From positions 72,852,001 to 72,916,000 of the forward strand of contig NC_058368.1 of NCBI RefSeq assembly GCF_018350175.1: DNA of 64,000 nucleotides, in the 5' to 3' direction. A program made the translations under genes and the position numbers. Within the stretch, counting starts at the first letter, position 1; the number at the start of each line of letters is the position of its first letter. Below, in pieces: positions 35,601-48,979 of this stretch. Source of the DNA: Felis catus (taxonomy: Eukaryota). The notes under the pieces are model-generated. The model was not told the origin of the DNA. It ran no database searches and was given only the letters and a program-made list of their open reading frames with translations.

Positions 35601-36526
35601 CATCCTGCATGGACTATGCCTTATACCAGGTATGTGTTAGCCAGGGACAATGATGTGCCTCTGTGTGACAAAGAAGCTGGCCCATGTTATTTGGCAACTA
35701 ATTTCATGGAAAGACACCAATGAGGCATTGGCCATTGGGAACCCACAGTAGCCAGAGCTGAAGTCCAACTACAGACCTAGGTTGTCCTTGCTAGGCACAT
35801 TTATAATATTAAGTGGTCTTTGCTTTACTAGCTATGGAGGAAAAGCAGGTTCATTACTCTGGATTCCAACTTTTATTCCTCAGATGCTGTCACACTAATC
35901 ATTTAAATCTGAATAACTTGCTGCCCTAAAACAGCAGTGTTTGGCATTTTTGTCTCTCTGCTGATAATGAGAGAAAAAACTTGGATTTGAAGGAAAGGCA
36001 AAAAAAAAATTAAGATACAAAATTTAAAAAATAAACCTGTGTCTCCTGAGAAAACAACATGAAGAGCAACTCCAGTCAATCACACAAGAATATTTTAGGA
36101 GACAAACGCAATCCATACAAATCTGAGAAAATATTAATCTTGAAATTGCCAGAAAATCGTTATAGGCCATAAATAATTTATAACAAAAGGCACAAACATT
36201 GACTTGCACAATCCGATGCTCTTTCCTTTACCTCCACATTCTTGAGTTTAATGAATCAATAAATGTGTTCTTTCTCCATCTAAACAAATCACAAAATCCA
36301 ATTCCTTTTTACTCTAAAATCACTGTTCCAGGACAGAGCACCCAGACTAGACACATTGTCATGGAACTTTGCTGTCACTGTGAGCCCTTCTTATTTCTTT
36401 GGATGGGCTTCATAATTTTGAGTCTTCTAACAATTTGTTCAGTTCCAAACAAAAGGCTATTTAGAGACATAAATCAGTTTTTAAATAGTCCAATCCTCAT
36501 AAACAACTGTTGTTTGCCTGCCTGCG

Positions 36527-36979
36527 TGTTGGGGTTGGAATTGTGTCCCCACCAAGATTCATGTATGTATGGAAGTCCTTATCTGCAACTCCAGAATGTG
36601 ACCTTAATTGGAAACTGGAGTGCTGCACACGGATATTGGAGGCTGGTAGACCCCTCATCCAGTATGACTGGTGTCCTTGTAGAAGGGAGAAATTTGGATG
36701 CACATACACAGGTAGAAGGAATACCATGTGAACATGCATTCAGAGATCTTGAAGAGGCATCTGTAAGTCAAAGGACATGGAAAATTGACAGTAATCCACC
36801 AGAAGCTTGGGGAAAAGCATAAAACATATTCTCCTTCACAGCCTCAGACAGAGACAACCCCTCTGATGCATTGGTCTTGGACTTCCAGCCTCCAGCACTA
36901 TGAGACAACAGGTTTCTGTTGTTTAAAACCCCAATCTATGGTACTTTGTATATGACAGCCCTCCTTGTAAACTAATACA
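36527..36979 (+). mobile_element. MLT1 (ERVL-MaLR) solo LTR
   Basis: 'tgttggggttggaattgtgtcccc...gacttccagcctccag...aaactaataca'. Confidence 0.9.
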
Positions 36980-37860
36980 TGAAAAGTTGTCTTGGTCACA
37001 GGCTGTTGGGACTTGGTGTTCTGTTTTCCAGTTTAAAAAACTTAGGATATACATGGAAAACCAAGACAAAGTCCAATGTAGTTTATTTCCTTTCAGTTCT
37101 ACGTAGATGATACAAACGTGTTAAGAGGAAAATCAATGGGAAATTCCTGGGATGTATTTATTCTTCCTCTGTATCAGGAGCCAGTATAAGTCAATAGATT
37201 AATAAACTCATATACTAAACACTTTCTGGATCATATGCATCAAACCATCTTGCAAGTTGAGGGAAGCTCTCATAGCAAAGAAACAAAACAATGTAATTTG
37301 AGAACCATACTTCACTTGATTATACTGCAATCATATAACCACTGACTTTTACAGATCACTGTAAACCTTGTAAAAATGCACCCACACCTAGCACACTATA
37401 GACACTCAACAAACTGATATCCATTAGTGTACCTATATCTATTTTAGAAATAGATTGATATTTTTACTGATAATGGGAATTGGAAAATAAAACTGGTTGA
37501 TAAATCCACTTAGTCTGTATCTTAAGAGGCAATATATTATACAGATCATGAAATTAAATGAAAATGAATTAATCTGTAAGCAACATATCATATTTTTTCA
37601 AAAAGGTATCATATGAAATGCTTCTTTTAAAGGTTAATTATAGAGTATTTTGAAAATTTTCTAGTCAAAACTTGGTTCAAATATTTTATCAATAGGTATC
37701 TGGTTCTCTTAAAAGTGAATAATTATTTAAAAATGAAATTTAGTGAATGATTATTTAAAAATCAAGTATACTCAAAGATGAAGCCATATGTTGTGATAGT
37801 TTAGATGACAGATCATCCCACAACCTGTGACATTAACTATTTTCCAATCAACCCTTATTT

Positions 37861-38064
37861 TTTTTTAAGTTTATTTGGAGAGAGAGAGAGAGAGAGAGCA
37901 CATGAGCAGGTGAGGGACAGAGAGAGGGAGAGAGAGACTCCCAAGCAGGTTCAGTGCTATCAGCACAGAGCCGGATGCAGGGCTCGATCCTACCAACTGT
38001 AAGATCAGAACCTGAGCCAAAATCAAGAGTCAGAAGCTTGATCGAATGAGCTACCCAGGCGCCC
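37861..38064 (-). mobile_element. CAN-SINE
   Basis: Antisense SINE; degenerate TSD ca(a/g)ccctta(t/c)tt. Confidence 0.93.
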
Positions 38065-38324
38065 TGCAGCCCTTACTTTGATTGGCAATGCTTTCAAGGA
38101 AACTTAGCACCTTGATGCTTCCTTTTTTACTTTCTATTAAACTATGGATGGTAGGACTCCAGTCTCATATTAGAAATCTTAACCTCCATTTGCTTTTGTA
38201 CAACATAAGACTAAACACACAGAAAACAACTTTCAAAATTCATTTGTTTGGAAGGGTTATTTGTGGTACATAAATATGTAACTGCCAGAATAGTACTTGT
38301 CAGGATCACCCTACACCTTTATAA

Positions 38325-38885
38325 AAGTTTCACAATCCTGTATCTACAATCAAAATCCTAAAATATCTGAAAACCAAAAGTTTTTATTTTTTTAAATTTA
38401 TATTCCAGTTAGTTAACATACAGTGTAGTCTTGGCCTCAGGAATAGAACCCAGTGATTCATCTCTTACATATGACATCCAGTGCTCATCCAGAAAAGTGC
38501 CCTCCTTAATGCCCATCACCCATTTTGCCCATTCCCCACACACCCTCACCTCCAACAACCCTCAGTTTGTTCTCTGTATTTAAGATCCTCTTATGGTTTG
38601 CCTCCCTCTCTGTCTGGTGGCAAAATCTGACCTGAACAGATGTGTTGCTCTTTACAGATCTTACTTATTCCACTTAGCACGAGCAATTATAGTTTTCCTG
38701 CACATATATTCAAGTGTTGAGTTTGGGGGTGCTGACCAGATCCCACTAGTTATATATAGTCTATGGCACACTATCTGTAGTATATGGCAATATTTAGATA
38801 CGATATGACAGGTACATAATTTTTTTAATCTTAATTTTAAAACATACCTTTCTGCCCCACGGTTTTTGGATAAGAGACTATGAAT
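38325..38885. mobile_element. TcMar-Tigger-like DNA transposon fossil interrupted by L1
   Basis: Degenerate inverted ends cacaatcctgtatc ... ggataagagactatg; family recalled, uncertain. Confidence 0.45.
38381..38614 (-). mobile_element. Carnivore L1 3' end
   Basis: T tail then 'agttagttaacatacagtgtagtcttgg...tatggtttgcctccctctctg'. Confidence 0.9.
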
Positions 38886-39379
38886 TTCACATTCTTTTAA
38901 CACTGTCCTCCTCCCCCCAATAAAATAATCAAATTCTTATTGGGTATCTATTTTGTACTAGATTCTTCAAATAAGACAGTCTTAATTTATTAACAGTTTA
39001 CAATGTAATTGAGGTAATAAGACATAAAATCACTAAAAGAAAAGCTACACTATAACAAATGTCATAGATTGTCCTCGACTAACTACCAAACCAGAGATGT
39101 AAAATCTGTTTTTCTGTTCCTCGTCCCTGGCAGCCATCATTCTTCCCTCTGAGAGAGAATTGCCAGAAAATATTCCTAAACTAGGCAATCTTACTTTGCA
39201 CATAAGAAGAACCTATCTGTCACCCTTAGACAAATAAATGTAGAAAATAAGGTTATCAATTCAAAACACAATAAATGTATTAGGCTGACCTAAGTTTAAC
39301 CAAGACCCATAAAGGTCCTATAGTGCTTAGCGCAAGCTTCCCCCACTCTGCCTCTCTCCCTGTGAAGCAATATTTATTC

Positions 39380-39570
39380 TAACATTTTCTAAGTGCCAGA
39401 TACTTGCTCAGTGCTTTATAAATGTTATATCATTTTAATCATAGATATAAATTATATTCATTTCCCAGAGGATAAATTTCAGAGAAATTAAACGTCGCAT
39501 GCAAATGGCCTACAACTTGTTATCTGTAGAGTTGGGATTTGGAAATGGATTGATACATCTGGCTGAGAAG
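39380..39570 (-). mobile_element. MIR fragment
   Basis: 'aagtgccagatacttgctcagtgctttata...gtagagttgggatttgga'. Confidence 0.55.
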
Positions 39571-39799
39571 TTTATACTCTCTCTGCCAATTTCCTCCATA
39601 GATAACAGTCAAAGTGTATTACAGGGAAGAAGATGGAAAAGGTCCACCTTACATAATTATACTTTGAAACTCAGACCTTAAATTTACCCCACTTTACAAC
39701 ATCTCCCCTACTGTGACTTTACTCAATAATTGTATCTTTACCTACATAAGTAAATAGAATTTCAGTTCTGTTTTTTGGTGCGTTCCATTTCCTTTGTTT

Positions 39800-39900
39800 T
39801 TACTAGATTGCAAATCACATGAGAACAGAGGCTCCCCAACACTGAACACAGTGCCTGGCACACAGTACTCATTCAGCAAGTTTTAAATGAACGAATGAAG
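39800..39900 (+). mobile_element. L2 3' end
   Basis: 'aacacagtgcctggcacacagtactc...aaatgaacgaatgaa'. Confidence 0.6.
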
Positions 39901-40479
39901 GAGGTTTCAGAGCTCAGGACCACATACATGTGGACAACATGAACTTAGTGGCTGATGCCTATGTATCCACAGCTATGGACATTTACTCATGCTTTTTGCA
40001 GCATCCTTGGGAACAAGGCAAGACAAAATGAACTAAATTTACAGCAGAAAAAGCCAATCTGTTGTCACTTATGCAAGAGAATACTGAGTTACTTTTTTAA
40101 AATGTTAACTTGAAGTGTAAGATTTTGAGAAATAACAGTTAACTGTATCAGAGGTCTGCCAACCTTGACCACACGTTCATGGTATGAGCCATCATACTAG
40201 TAAGAATAATGCTTATTCTTACAAAAATAAAGTTTTAAAGATTGGTATACTTAGAGATTTTCCCCTCCTGGGATTTTAGCATCCCGTTTATAATGGGCAT
40301 CATTTGTAGACTATACATTTAAACTACACTTAACTAAACACCAGCCATTTTGTAATGTGCGGGAGAGGCTGACGTATCTGTGCTTGACCGACTCCCCTGT
40401 CACATAAAGGATGAGACAAAGTGAGCTGCAAAATTACTCCCAGGATTAGAAAGTGTTCAGTTGCTTAATCTCCTCCCCT

Positions 40480-41210
40480 CAGATCATCCCTCATTGGTTA
40501 GTTTTAACCAGACATCTGTTCTTTGTCCTCTTCTTCGTCTTCTATCCTCGCCTGGATTTTCTCAGCCTCTTTGACGACATTAGCTGCTATCACTTCTGAT
40601 GATTCCCCCAAATTTCTACATCCTTATCTTCAGTATCCTTCAGGACACTGCACCTGCAAGACAGCCACCACTATCACCAGATGCCACGTCCGGTATCCAA
40701 ACCATTAGCTGCCATATTTCTCTCCACTTCCCACCACGGAACAAGGTGTCGCTCCTTCTACATTCCCTACATAGTTATCGGAGCCATGCCTCCTTATAAC
40801 ACATGCCCAGCATGAAACCAGCCAAATAATAAACCGAAAAATGAGACCTGGCCTTAACCACTGAAAGGCACTGCCAATCCCGATTTGCTTCTCACAGTCC
40901 AATGCCCCAGACATAGCATAGACCAGAGGGTTTTCTCATCTGATCTCCTCCCTTGCACACATGGAAGGTTTTTCTAGCCATTTTGAATTTTTTTAATCAT
41001 CTCTAATATTTGCTAGGCCTTTGCACATACTTTTCCCTGTGCCTGCAACACCTCTCCCTGTGTCAATGTCTGGCAAAATCCAACATATCCTTTGTGACCC
41101 AGATCACGTGTCATCTACTCTGAAAAGCTTATTGATTTCCCCTGGAAGAGCTAATCTCTATTCTTTTTTTTTCGTTCTGTGCTTTCACAGGACTTCATTT
41201 ATTCCCTGAA
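40480..41210 (+). mobile_element. L2 fragment
   Basis: Pyrimidine-rich L2-like text, e.g. 'tgatgattcccccaaatttctacatc' and 'ggcctttgcacatacttttccctgtgcctg'. Confidence 0.55.
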
Positions 41211-41459
41211 CAGCAGTCAGTGGGATCACTCTGAAACATAACTAAGATTATAACACATTCCTGTTGACACTCTGCAATGGCTCTTTAGCCTACCTAGAAT
41301 CAAATCTAAACTCCTTTCCTTGCCCTACTGGAGAGCCTCCCTTAGAACTAGGCAGTGGGGCTCTGCCCTGGCTCCACCATTCAGCACATCAAAAACATGC
41401 TCGTGGTTCATTTATCAAGGGACACATGGGTGCCTCTGTCACTTGGATCTGGAGTCAGT

Positions 41460-41604
41460 GATGGCATAGCAGCCAATCCATTCATTTACATATTGTCAAA
41501 GCTGCTTTTGTACTACAACCACAGCAGTAACTAACTGGTACAAATTGTATGGCTCAAAAAGCCAAAAATATTTGGCACTTTACAGAAAAATTTGTCACCA
41601 CCTG
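41460..41604. mobile_element. MER58-like hAT fossil
   Basis: 'ccattcatttacatattgtc...gctgcttttgtactacaac...aagccaaaaatattt...tttacagaaaaatttgtcaccacctg'. Confidence 0.75.
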
Positions 41605-41899
41605 GTGCGGTCTGTAACCCTGTGACTACCAACCTGCAGGCACACAGAAACACTTCTCAGCTTCTGTTTACCTTTGCCCTCAAACAAAGGCTACTTTTTG
41701 TCCAAGTGGTGCAAAGAGCTGTAGGCTATGCGGCCACCATCATCAGCGATGAGCACTTCTTTGGGGACCAGAGAGGATTTGAGTGCTTTGGAGAGAAACC
41801 TCATTCATTATCCTATCAGATCCTTCCTCTAAGAGAATACACATACAATAGATACTATTATATTATTTCCCCAAAGTGCTAAGTGTCCATTTACTTAAC

Positions 41900-42838
41900 T
41901 TCTCTTCATGTTCTCATTTGTGATTCCAGAGGCACTCACGAGTTGGCACATCATATGCAGCAGTCATACATGGCAGCCAAGAAACATTTTGTAATATTGA
42001 AGCATTCATTTTTGTCTTAAATTTATATATAAGTTGGCTCAGATGTAACATGCATGAAACATGATCCTGATTCTTACTCTCACAGGCTTTCAACAGTGCA
42101 TACCAGCATTGTATTATAATTATAAAAAATTATAAACATATTATAAAACTAAAATGAACATAATTTATATTTGTATAAAATATAATTACATTTTAAATAA
42201 ATAATTTTGCTACACATGTATCATTATAATTAGTATTTTCCCTTTTCTTATAATAGGTAATTCTGAATATTTTAGAAAAACATTTTTGAAAATATATATA
42301 AACATTTTTCAACTTTTTAAATTTGCCTCGACTTGTATTTTTGGTGACATATTTAAATTTTGTACAGTTTGAATACAATTATATTTTATTTTTAATTCTT
42401 CAGATGATTGCTGCCAATAAAATATGTTATGTGACTGTTTTTTGTCTAAGCTTGCTTAATTAGTGATTCTGCTAAAATGAAAGCAAGAAAGATAAAATCT
42501 AAGGAACAACAATATAATTGCTTAGAAATTAGGAATGTTTTTATTATCTTATGAAAACAAGATCACTGACTCATTTACAGAACATCCAAAAATAATTAAT
42601 AGTAATGAAATTTCATCAGCTTGAATCTTTTGCTAATACTTAGTCTTATGAATCCTATAGTTTTAGGAATATTTTAAAATTTGTCTTTGTGAAGGCATAT
42701 ATGCCAAGGTAGAAGAGGAGAACCGTTCAGTCAACAGTTTGTGAGTCTGACCTGTAACATTGGGTCTTCAGACCTACAGCATGTGTGTCTCCATTTGTGC
42801 TCCTGGCCTGAACCCCATAGTTAGACGGGACTGGCCTG
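41900..42838 (+). mobile_element. hAT-Tip100 (Zaphod/MER115-like) remnant with transposase C-terminal relic
   Basis: 42456 onward translates LISDSAKMKARK (hAT-type FA..KARK end); terminus 'ctccatttgtgctcctggcc...ggcctg'; left edge uncertain. Confidence 0.55.
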
Positions 42839-42849
42839 CCTCTGGGGCG

Positions 42850-43260
42850 CAATGTGGCCCCTGATCACCTTTCACCCTTCTTCCTAGGTTCCTGTTACAC
42901 TCCTAGCAGTTTCCACCTTGGAGCATTTGCACCACTGTCCCCTCTACTGGAGGGGTAGATATTCAGGAGGCTGGCCTTGTTTGATATTCAGACCCCAGGT
43001 TAAGAGTCAGCCTCAGTTTTCTGGAACAAAAGGGAGTTCCCTAGACTCCATATCATATGTCTGTCTTATTTTCCTCGCAGCACCCATGGCAATCTGATAT
43101 TTCCTTATTAATGTGTTAACTTAAAGTCTGCCTCCTCCAGATAGAACACAACAGGTATGAGAACAGGGATCTTATCTGTCTTGCCAAACTGTATTCACAG
43201 TAACCAATGCAGTATTTGAAATATACAAAGCATGTAATAAATATTTGTTGAGTAAATACC
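42850..43260 (+). mobile_element. L2 3' fragment
   Basis: 'atgagaacagggatcttatctgtcttg...aataaatatttgttgagtaaat'. Confidence 0.65.
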
Positions 43261-45540
43261 TATTTATAGCATGAAAACATAATTATCTGCGTCCATGAAT
43301 TTCTGTTGATCGACACCAACTTCTGTCACTGACAACTCAGCATAATGCAGTGATGACTCAGAAATATGTCTTGAATGAATAAAGGAGTAAATAAATGGAC
43401 TAATTATTGAATGGATTCATGAATTTGAAGGAGTATATTCCCAATTCAATTAAAGGAGCATTTTAGACTTGGGTTAATTCTTTCAGCACCATAGTTTCTC
43501 CATGTGTTGAATCTCGGAATCATTCTCTCCAATCACCAAACATGTTTTTAACTTCATTTGTGCAAGCCCATGAAACTCCTCTACTGATAATCATATAACT
43601 TTATTATTGTTGTGTCTCAGCCACCAGCTCAGAACATGTCATTTGCCAAGAACATGTTCAAAGCAGATGGACGTGAAATCTGTGAAGCTTCTATTATTTT
43701 TATTCACACTTGTTATAAAGGACACGAGCCGCTGTAATCAAACATTGCTACAGAGAGGCTATGGCTCCCTGACAGACGCAGCCACACCAACCCCCTGACT
43801 GACTTTGGTTGCTACTCTCACAAGCAGAGAGTTTAGTTGAGTGCAGAAAAATAAGGACTATTCTATGAACAATTTCTTGGCTTTCTAAGAACTTCCTTGT
43901 CATGCATGTGGAAATTGTATAACATGAAAATAAAATCTAGACACACTTAGAGTTCATTGGTACTGATTTTCTCAGTAACTCTGACTCCTTTTCTATCAGA
44001 TAATAGACCAAAGGTTTACACATCCTTCATCCTTCTTAGAGGAAAATTAGCTACTTAACTTTGCATCAAGAGGTTTCACATAATCCCACAAAGCTAAGAA
44101 AATAAATTCTTTCTTTTAAAAAATAACATCAATAGCTTATTATTTAAAAAGTAGTATATGTGCAATATAGAAGATGGACAGATATGGAAAATGTACAAAC
44201 TGAAATTAACACCTTCTCTCTATTTAGAGATTGCCACTATCGCGTCTCAGGGTACGATTCTCCATTAACACACAAGGGTATATGTAGTTTGCTTTTTTTT
44301 TCAAAATAAGATAATACAGTACATAGATTTTGTAATTTTTTTTCAATTAAGGAAGTTGATATCTCCTTTTCATAAATTCTCACATCATCTAATACTGAGC
44401 CTTTTTTAAACTTTCAATTTACTCCTAAATTTCTGCTAGTGCTCATTTGTTTGAATCAGGATCCAATGCAGGAACACGCTTCCTTTCTAGTTGTCATGTC
44501 TGTTAAGTGCTTTTAAATCTACAGTAGTCACATTTCTTATGCTATTGAATTGCTAAGGAGACCAGAAATTTTTCCTCTCTTAACTCAGAAGAAAGTAGGG
44601 GATTATTAAGATAGATAACTATTTGACCACAAGCAGATAACTCCATCCCATCAAATTCCTGATGAAACAATCAACAGGATTTCCCAAAATGGAGATGAGG
44701 GCTCTATCTGTTCTGAAAACTTAATGATGAATGCTACGTTCCATGCAAGATCCAATAAAGAAGGTCTTCTAGACATAATGTGGATTGAATGGGATCAAAA
44801 GAAGGCATGCCTGGCAAAAGTCTAGTATGTCTAGGAGGTAAACAGAAGATACTGTGGCCCCATAACCCTTTGGAGCTAGACATGGGAACAGTCCTCAGTA
44901 TAGTAGGGCTCCCTGTTTGGCATCTCTTTTGTCTCTGTAGACCAGTAGCCTGTAGAGTACACTCGTCCCACTGGAGAACAGAGGACTCACTTCTGCTGTG
45001 AGTGCCCACATCAGGCAGAGGACAAGCCATGAATCTCTGAAAGGAAAATACCATGGCTCAAAAGCTACCCCAAAACTCAGTTATTGTAGAGCAATGCAGA
45101 GAGCAACAATAAACACTCATGCAACACTTAGAAAATGCACCACCTAGGAATGCTTCCTAAATAACCCAAGTGATGGTCCATGCCAGAATAATAAGAAATA
45201 AAGTCAAGTCAGTAAAGGAAGAAAGAAGAAATAAAGCTATTGAGGAGTCATAGGGAGCATGAAACAGTTTAGTGTAAAGAAACAAATCCTAACAAATGTC
45301 CTAAATGGTGCTACAAAATTAATGTTTCACAATGTTTTGACAGAGATCATTATTTTTAAAAAAGTTTCTATCACTCTATATTAAATTAATGCAAAATGAG
45401 AAATGAGCAAAAAAATCAGGGAAAACCCCTAATCTTCCAAACAGGAGACAAAAAATTTAGTGGGTTTTAGTCACTTTTATAGATGGGTAATATATGTTTA
45501 AGAACTTTTCTTTAACCATTAGTTATTATCTAATGCCTAT

Positions 45541-46037
45541 CGTGGCAGATAACATTTTCCAAAAATGGTCACAACAATATATTTCCTATCCCACATGCGC
45601 TTCTAGAACCTGGTGGGCCTTTTTGATTGCCTCAGCTAAAAAAATAAGATGAAAGTGACCCTAAGTGACTTCCAATGCTAGGTCACAAAAGGCAACACTC
45701 CCTCGTTCGTCCTGCACTTGTTCTTGGACCCAGGCACCGTTCTGTGAAAAAGCCCAGGGCACAAAGAGAGGTCAGGCAGGTGTCTGGGCTGAAAGCCCTG
45801 ATGTGGCCCAGCTAACATCCAGTATCAACTGCCAGAGAATGACAGAAGAAACACTTGAGAACTCTCTAGCCTCAGGCACTATCTGACTGCAGCCTCCTGA
45901 ATACCCAGAACAATAGCCACCTGGCTGAGAGAGTCAGCCCCTAGGATCATGAGGCATAACGATAATCAGCAACTGCTTTGTTTCATTCCACTCTGTTTGT
46001 AGTGGTTTGTTATGTGGCAATAAATAATTGTATAACA
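45541..46037 (+). mobile_element. MLT1 (older MaLR) solo LTR
   Basis: 'gtggcagataacattttccaaaaatggtcacaaca...gtggtttgttatgtggcaataaataa'. Confidence 0.8.
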
Positions 46038-46277
46038 GCTAACAAAGAGTCTGTGTATAAAATAAAATGGATAAGAAGCAACAGAGAATCTAAAGTACAG
46101 GAAGCATAAAAACTATAAGCCAAGACCCAACTAAATACAGTTTTTGCAATAAATGCAAATAGTATATTCTTATCAATCAGAAAAGATACTCAGACTGAGT
46201 TAAAATAGGAAATCCACTTATCAGATGCTGTTAACCTGCCTCCCCTAAATTACAAAAAGATAAAAATAATAAAATAA

Positions 46278-46400
46278 GGGCATTGGGCTGGCTCAGTCAG
46301 TAGAGCATGCAAATCTTGATCTCAGTCATGAATTCAAGCCCCATGTTGAGGGTAGAATTTACTTAAAATACTACTACTACTACTACTACTACTACTAAAA
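46278..46400 (+). mobile_element. Short CAN-SINE form (tRNA-Lys head, no CT body) with (TAC)n tail
   Basis: 'ggctggctcagtcagtagagcatg...caagccccatgttgagggtagaatttacttaaaa'. Confidence 0.85.
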
Positions 46401-46685
46401 TATGTATTAAACTCAAGAAGAAATAATTTGGGCTTTTGTTATCAAACTGAAGAACTTCTGAGTCTATAATAAAATAATGTACATTATGAATGTATAGAAA
46501 CCTGTGTCTTCCAAAACTTACTATAAAATGCTTTGCTCGCAGAATATCATCAATGTGTTATAAAACAGTGGAATGAAGGACCGTAGGGCACAGTTTAGAA
46601 AATACTACTATAAACCAATTTTACTTTGATTTATATACTTTGAACTTAGATACAAAATATGTCAAATTCAAGAAGTTAACATTAA

Positions 46686-46880
46686 GGGCCGCCTGGGTGG
46701 CTCAATCAGTTAAGTGACCAACTTCGGCTCAGGTCATGATCTCATGATTCCTGGGTTCGAGCCCCGCCTTGGGCTCTGCACGGACGGTGTGGAGCCTGCT
46801 TGGGATTCTCTCTCTTCCTCTCTCTCTCTGACCCTCCCCTACTTGCTCTCTCTCAAAATAAATAAATAAATTTTAAAAAA
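46686..46880 (+). mobile_element. CAN-SINE
   Basis: SINE head, CT body, A tail. Confidence 0.95.
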
Positions 46881-48569
46881 TTTAATGTTGATACATCCCT
46901 ATTCATAACATCTAAAAATTATACCAGAAATAGATACTTCTCTTATAAACTGGCAACATCACTCTTAGTGCTAAAACATTACACACAATACCATTAAAAT
47001 CATAAACAAAATAAGGATGTCTATTATCACTAACATTTTATTTTGATCTAGAGATCAAGGTAATGTAAGATTAGTAGATTATTAGAAAAGAGGGATAGAC
47101 TGAACAGAATTTGCAGGTGATACATCTATATACTTCCCCCAAAGCAAGAAAATCAACTGAAAAATAGGGTAACGATATCGTGCCAATGATGAAGTTGGCA
47201 TAGCCATGTGACAGGCTACTATGCAGCCACTAGAAATAATGTTTTTGACATTCTCATTTAAGTGGGAAAAAAAGATTAGGAAACTATAATTGCTTAATTA
47301 CAAGTTTCTTTTGTTTCTTTTTCAAAGACAAATTAAAAAATCAAGGAAAATAAAATAGTGATGTCAAGTTCATGAAGTTATAGGTGATTTTAATTTTATT
47401 ATTTATACTTTTCTGTATTTTTCATATTTTCTAAAGAATACACTACTAGTATAATCCATTTCTTAATTTTTATTAAAATAAATATTTTAATTTGGCTCTT
47501 TATTATATCCAGTAACCCCTTACGTGTAGTGTCATCTATGGATCTTTTCTTGGTGTTCTATTTATCTCACTGTATGTATTAGGTGGCCTTTTTCAAATCC
47601 ATAACTTCAACTACCCCTATCTACTGATGATCTACATCCAAATATACTTAACTACTTTTCAAACATCTTCACTTAGTTAATGTGGATATAAAAATAATGT
47701 ATGTCCAAAATTGAAATAATTTTTCTTCTAGAAGCCATTCTTCTTTTCTAAAGTTAACTATTTCAGCAAAGGACATTTAGTTTACCTAGACACCCAGGCT
47801 AGCAAAAGGATGTTGGGAAATCACTATATTATCTGAATGAAAGATGGCTTTAGAGAAGAAATGACAGATCTGAAAAAATGACTAAGGTACCACCAGGTAT
47901 AAAAGTGGGACATGATTTGCTCATGAAAAAAAAATGCTACACCTCATCAGAGGCCAAAGTAAAAACTGAAGTGAGGCATGAAGATAAAGCATCTTTAATT
48001 TGCGGTATCTAGAAGCAGAGATGATTGGCTTCAGATGAGTTGCTACTTAGAGTATATTAAGCCAATCACCAACATCACTGAAAAATTACTGCTTATGCTC
48101 TTGAAACACAGTGCAAAGTGAGCTCCTGCTGACCTGAAGACATCCTAAGCCTCACCTTTTCTTTCAGAGGTCTGAAGACCATGTGCTCCATGCAAAGACT
48201 GAGAAGGGGCTTAAATATCCCTTGAAATCTCAAAGGAGATTTATTGCTTAGGCTGATTTCAAGACGATTATACATGAACACTTGGATTCTGATATCAGAA
48301 AATATTCATCTTATATTGCCTTTGCTTGTATCACATTTAATACAAATTGAGGACCCTCTTCCAGACAGTTTTTAAGCAGGTCAAAAGAAAAAAATCTATT
48401 ACCTCTATTATGCAAATTTCAAGAAACAAATATCATTATTATTGAAACAATTAATCAGTTTCAGCTCAGTCTACAGATTCATCATCACCTATTAGGCCTG
48501 GACAGACTTCATGTGAAGGAGAAAGAAGATTGGATTTCTAGATGTTTCTGGCATAGAAATACCCTTTCT

Positions 48570-48612
<43 letters not shown>

Positions 48613-48623
48613 CTCTATCTATC
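48570..48623. repeat. (TCTA)n microsatellite
   Basis: Direct reading. Confidence 0.95.
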
Positions 48624-48756
48624 ACTGTGAAGGTTTACAGTGTCCAACTCACAGGTCAAGGGAAATCATTGGTATTTAACAGATAAAGTTCTGTCACTAG
48701 AAACTGAAGTCAAATGCAGCCCAGTACCCTTGGCTCCTCCTATCGTAACCTATTTC

Positions 48757-48979
48757 TTTTTTTTTTATATATAAATGTTTATTTATTTTGAGAGAGAGAG
48801 AGAGAGAGAGCAAGCGGGGAAGGAGAAGAGAGAGAGAGGGAGGGAGAGAATCCCAAGCAGGCTCCATACTGTCTAGGCAGAACCTGATGAGGGGGCTTGG
48901 CCTCAAGAATCCTGAGATCATGACCTGAGCTGGAATCAAGAGCCAGTCACTTAACAGACTGAGCCATCCAGGTGCCCCC
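48757..48979 (-). mobile_element. CAN-SINE
   Basis: Antisense SINE; TSD taac(c/t)tatttc. Confidence 0.95.

Larger units (their letters stand above)
46050..47450 (+). mobile_element. Ancient L1ME-like element (EN, RT and 3' end relics) interrupted by SINEs
   Basis: Degenerate EN start near 46130-46230, RT-like 'ataaggatgtctattatcac...tttgcaggtgatac' near 46950-47140, L1ME-like 3' end near 47350-47450. Confidence 0.6.

Noticed and set aside
36199..36822. Longest ORF (207 aa)
   Set aside because: TTG start, half inside an MLT1 LTR, no domain recognised
46278..46350. tRNA-Lys gene
   Set aside because: Decayed tRNA-derived SINE head with an A-rich tail; cloverleaf incomplete
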